Source of the DNA: Nitrosotalea sinensis
GTDB taxonomy: Archaea; Thermoproteota; Nitrososphaeria; Nitrososphaerales; Nitrosopumilaceae
Assembly (NCBI RefSeq): GCF_900143675.1
Contig: NZ_FRFC01000003.1
Location: 342,095 to 374,094 of the forward strand
DNA: 32,000 bases
Reading direction: 5' to 3'
Position 1 is the stretch's first letter; each line of letters begins with the position of its first letter. Below the pieces are notes generated by a model that had not been told where the DNA came from, did not search any database, and was given only the letters and a program-made list of their open reading frames with translations. Shown piece after piece: positions 30,876 to 32,000 of the stretch. Position numbers and translations under genes: made by a program.

Positions 30876-31697
30876 ATGAGAAAGCGAGGTTTTGTAATAA
30901 AGTCTGATGGTAGTTCTGTACCATTTGACTTTAACAAAGTCAAGACTACGTGTATAAGAGCAGGGGCTAATAACAAACTAGCAACACAAGTAGCACAAAA
31001 GATCTCTAAACAAATATTCCCAGGCATAACCACGCGTCAAATCTATCGAATGGTCTTGGATATCCTTGCTCTAAATGCTGAGAACAGATTGATAGGACAT
31101 CGATATCGTCTCAAAGAATCCATTATGCAGATGGGTCCTGCGGGATTCTCCTTTGAAAATTATGTTAGCGCAGTACTTGAGGCACGTGGATATGAGATAA
31201 AATCCAAAAGATCTGCGGTACAGGGAACATGTGTGTCTCATGAAATAGACATTATTGCAGTACGTGATTCACATATTCGATATATGGTGGAATGTAAATT
31301 TCATAATTCGCCTGGTATCTATACTGGAATAAAAGAATCATTGTATACTCATGCACGATTTCTGGACTTGGCTGGGAAGTTTGACAAAGAAATACTTGTA
31401 TGCAATACTAAAGTATCTCATGAAGCCATAACATACGGTATGTGTATTGGCCAAGAGGTCCTATCTTGGCGTTATCCTCCAGAACATGGTCTTGAAAAAA
31501 TTATTGAAGATAATGGACTTTATCCTATCACAATACTTGGGCTAAGGAAGAAAGAATTGGACGCATTCTCACAGAATAATGTCATGCTGGCAAGAGATTT
31601 ACTAGACATGGATCTTCCCAAATGGTCCCAAAAATTGTCTATCTCTGTGTATAGATTAGAAACACTACGAAATCTTGCAAGGCAAATGATTAGATGA
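30876..31697 (+). CDS. ATP-cone domain fused to Mrr/restriction-endonuclease-like PD-(D/E)XK domain
   Basis: 273 aa. ATP-cone: VIKSDGSSVPFDFNKVKTTCIRAG...ITTRQIYRMVLDIL. Nuclease core: FENYVSAVLEARGYEI...HEIDIIAV...YMVECKFHN (D...E-x-K). Confidence 0.7.
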   Translation: MRKRGFVIKSDGSSVPFDFNKVKTTCIRAGANNKLATQVAQKISKQIFPGITTRQIYRMVLDILALNAENRLIGHRYRLKESIMQMGPAGFSFENYVSAVLEARGYEIKSKRSAVQGTCVSHEIDIIAVRDSHIRYMVECKFHNSPGIYTGIKESLYTHARFLDLAGKFDKEILVCNTKVSHEAITYGMCIGQEVLSWRYPPEHGLEKIIEDNGLYPITILGLRKKELDAFSQNNVMLARDLLDMDLPKWSQKLSISVYRLETLRNLARQMIR

Positions 31698-31792
31698 TGT
31701 AGTCCATGGCAATCTAATGTGCGCACAAATTGTATGCACTGTCGTGCAATGCGGTCCTACTTGTTATATCAAATTAGCAAAGTAATGTAGAC

Positions 31793-32000
31793 ATGCAAGT
31801 GTTATTACACGGCAAACCCGTACAAGAAGAAACAACCAAAGACGTCCTCCTTGAAATCATGGCAGACAAGTATTCTCGTGCTATACTTGAATCTACTATG
31901 GATGTGTCCAAATCAGCTCTTGAATTAAGTAATGACTGTGGAATCCCCATCAGCACTGCTTATAGAAGAGTACAACAACTCCATACTCACAAACTTCTGG
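31793..32000 (+). CDS. winged-HTH (ArsR/TrmB-like) regulator, 5' part; runs off the window
   Basis: Open frame from ATG 31793 to the window end: MQVLLHGKPVQEETTKDVLLEIMADKYSRAILESTMDVSKSALELSNDCGIPISTAYRRVQQLHTHKLL. Absent from the ORF track because it has no stop in the window. Confidence 0.6.
   Translation, partial: MQVLLHGKPVQEETTKDVLLEIMADKYSRAILESTMDVSKSALELSNDCGIPISTAYRRVQQLHTHKLL

Noticed and set aside
31774-31956. 60-aa minus-strand ORF
   Set aside because: It is antisense to the better-supported partial wHTH gene starting at 31793.

Overview
AT-rich (about one-third G+C by eye) archaeal chromosome segment. It is best explained as an ammonia-oxidising thaumarchaeon (Nitrosopumilaceae-like), because it carries the archaeal ammonia monooxygenase cluster: amoB on the minus strand, then amoC, amoX and amoA on the plus strand (9.5-12.1 kb). 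It also carries an Amt ammonium transporter and a PII-like protein. The left end holds a translationally coupled uS15 / RecJ-Cdc45-like pair. There are four tRNA genes: Thr-GGU, Leu-UAA with two predicted introns, Ile-GAU with one intron, and Ala-UGC. The interval 12.1-13.8 kb, between amoA and tRNA-Thr, carries a Dam-type methyltransferase plus an AbiTii-like gene. The interval 17.1-29 kb looks accessory: three different secreted beta-propeller proteins, small regulators, a permease gene relic and a short dispersed repeat. It is bracketed by tRNA-Ala and a 15/16-nt copy of that tRNA's 3' end. Sequence-level regulatory signals include a 44-nt promoter module shared by amt and an orphan Cas4-like gene, a perfect 31-nt palindrome upstream of an HTH/B12-binding-like regulator, a GTAGA-N3-TCTAC dyad at a PadR gene and at a neighbouring operon, and a CATG-palindrome cluster between amoB and amoC. 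The right end encodes an ATP-cone/Mrr-type nuclease fusion. I recognised no rRNA, CRISPR array, transposase or integrase. All domain calls rest on motif recognition by eye; no searches were run.
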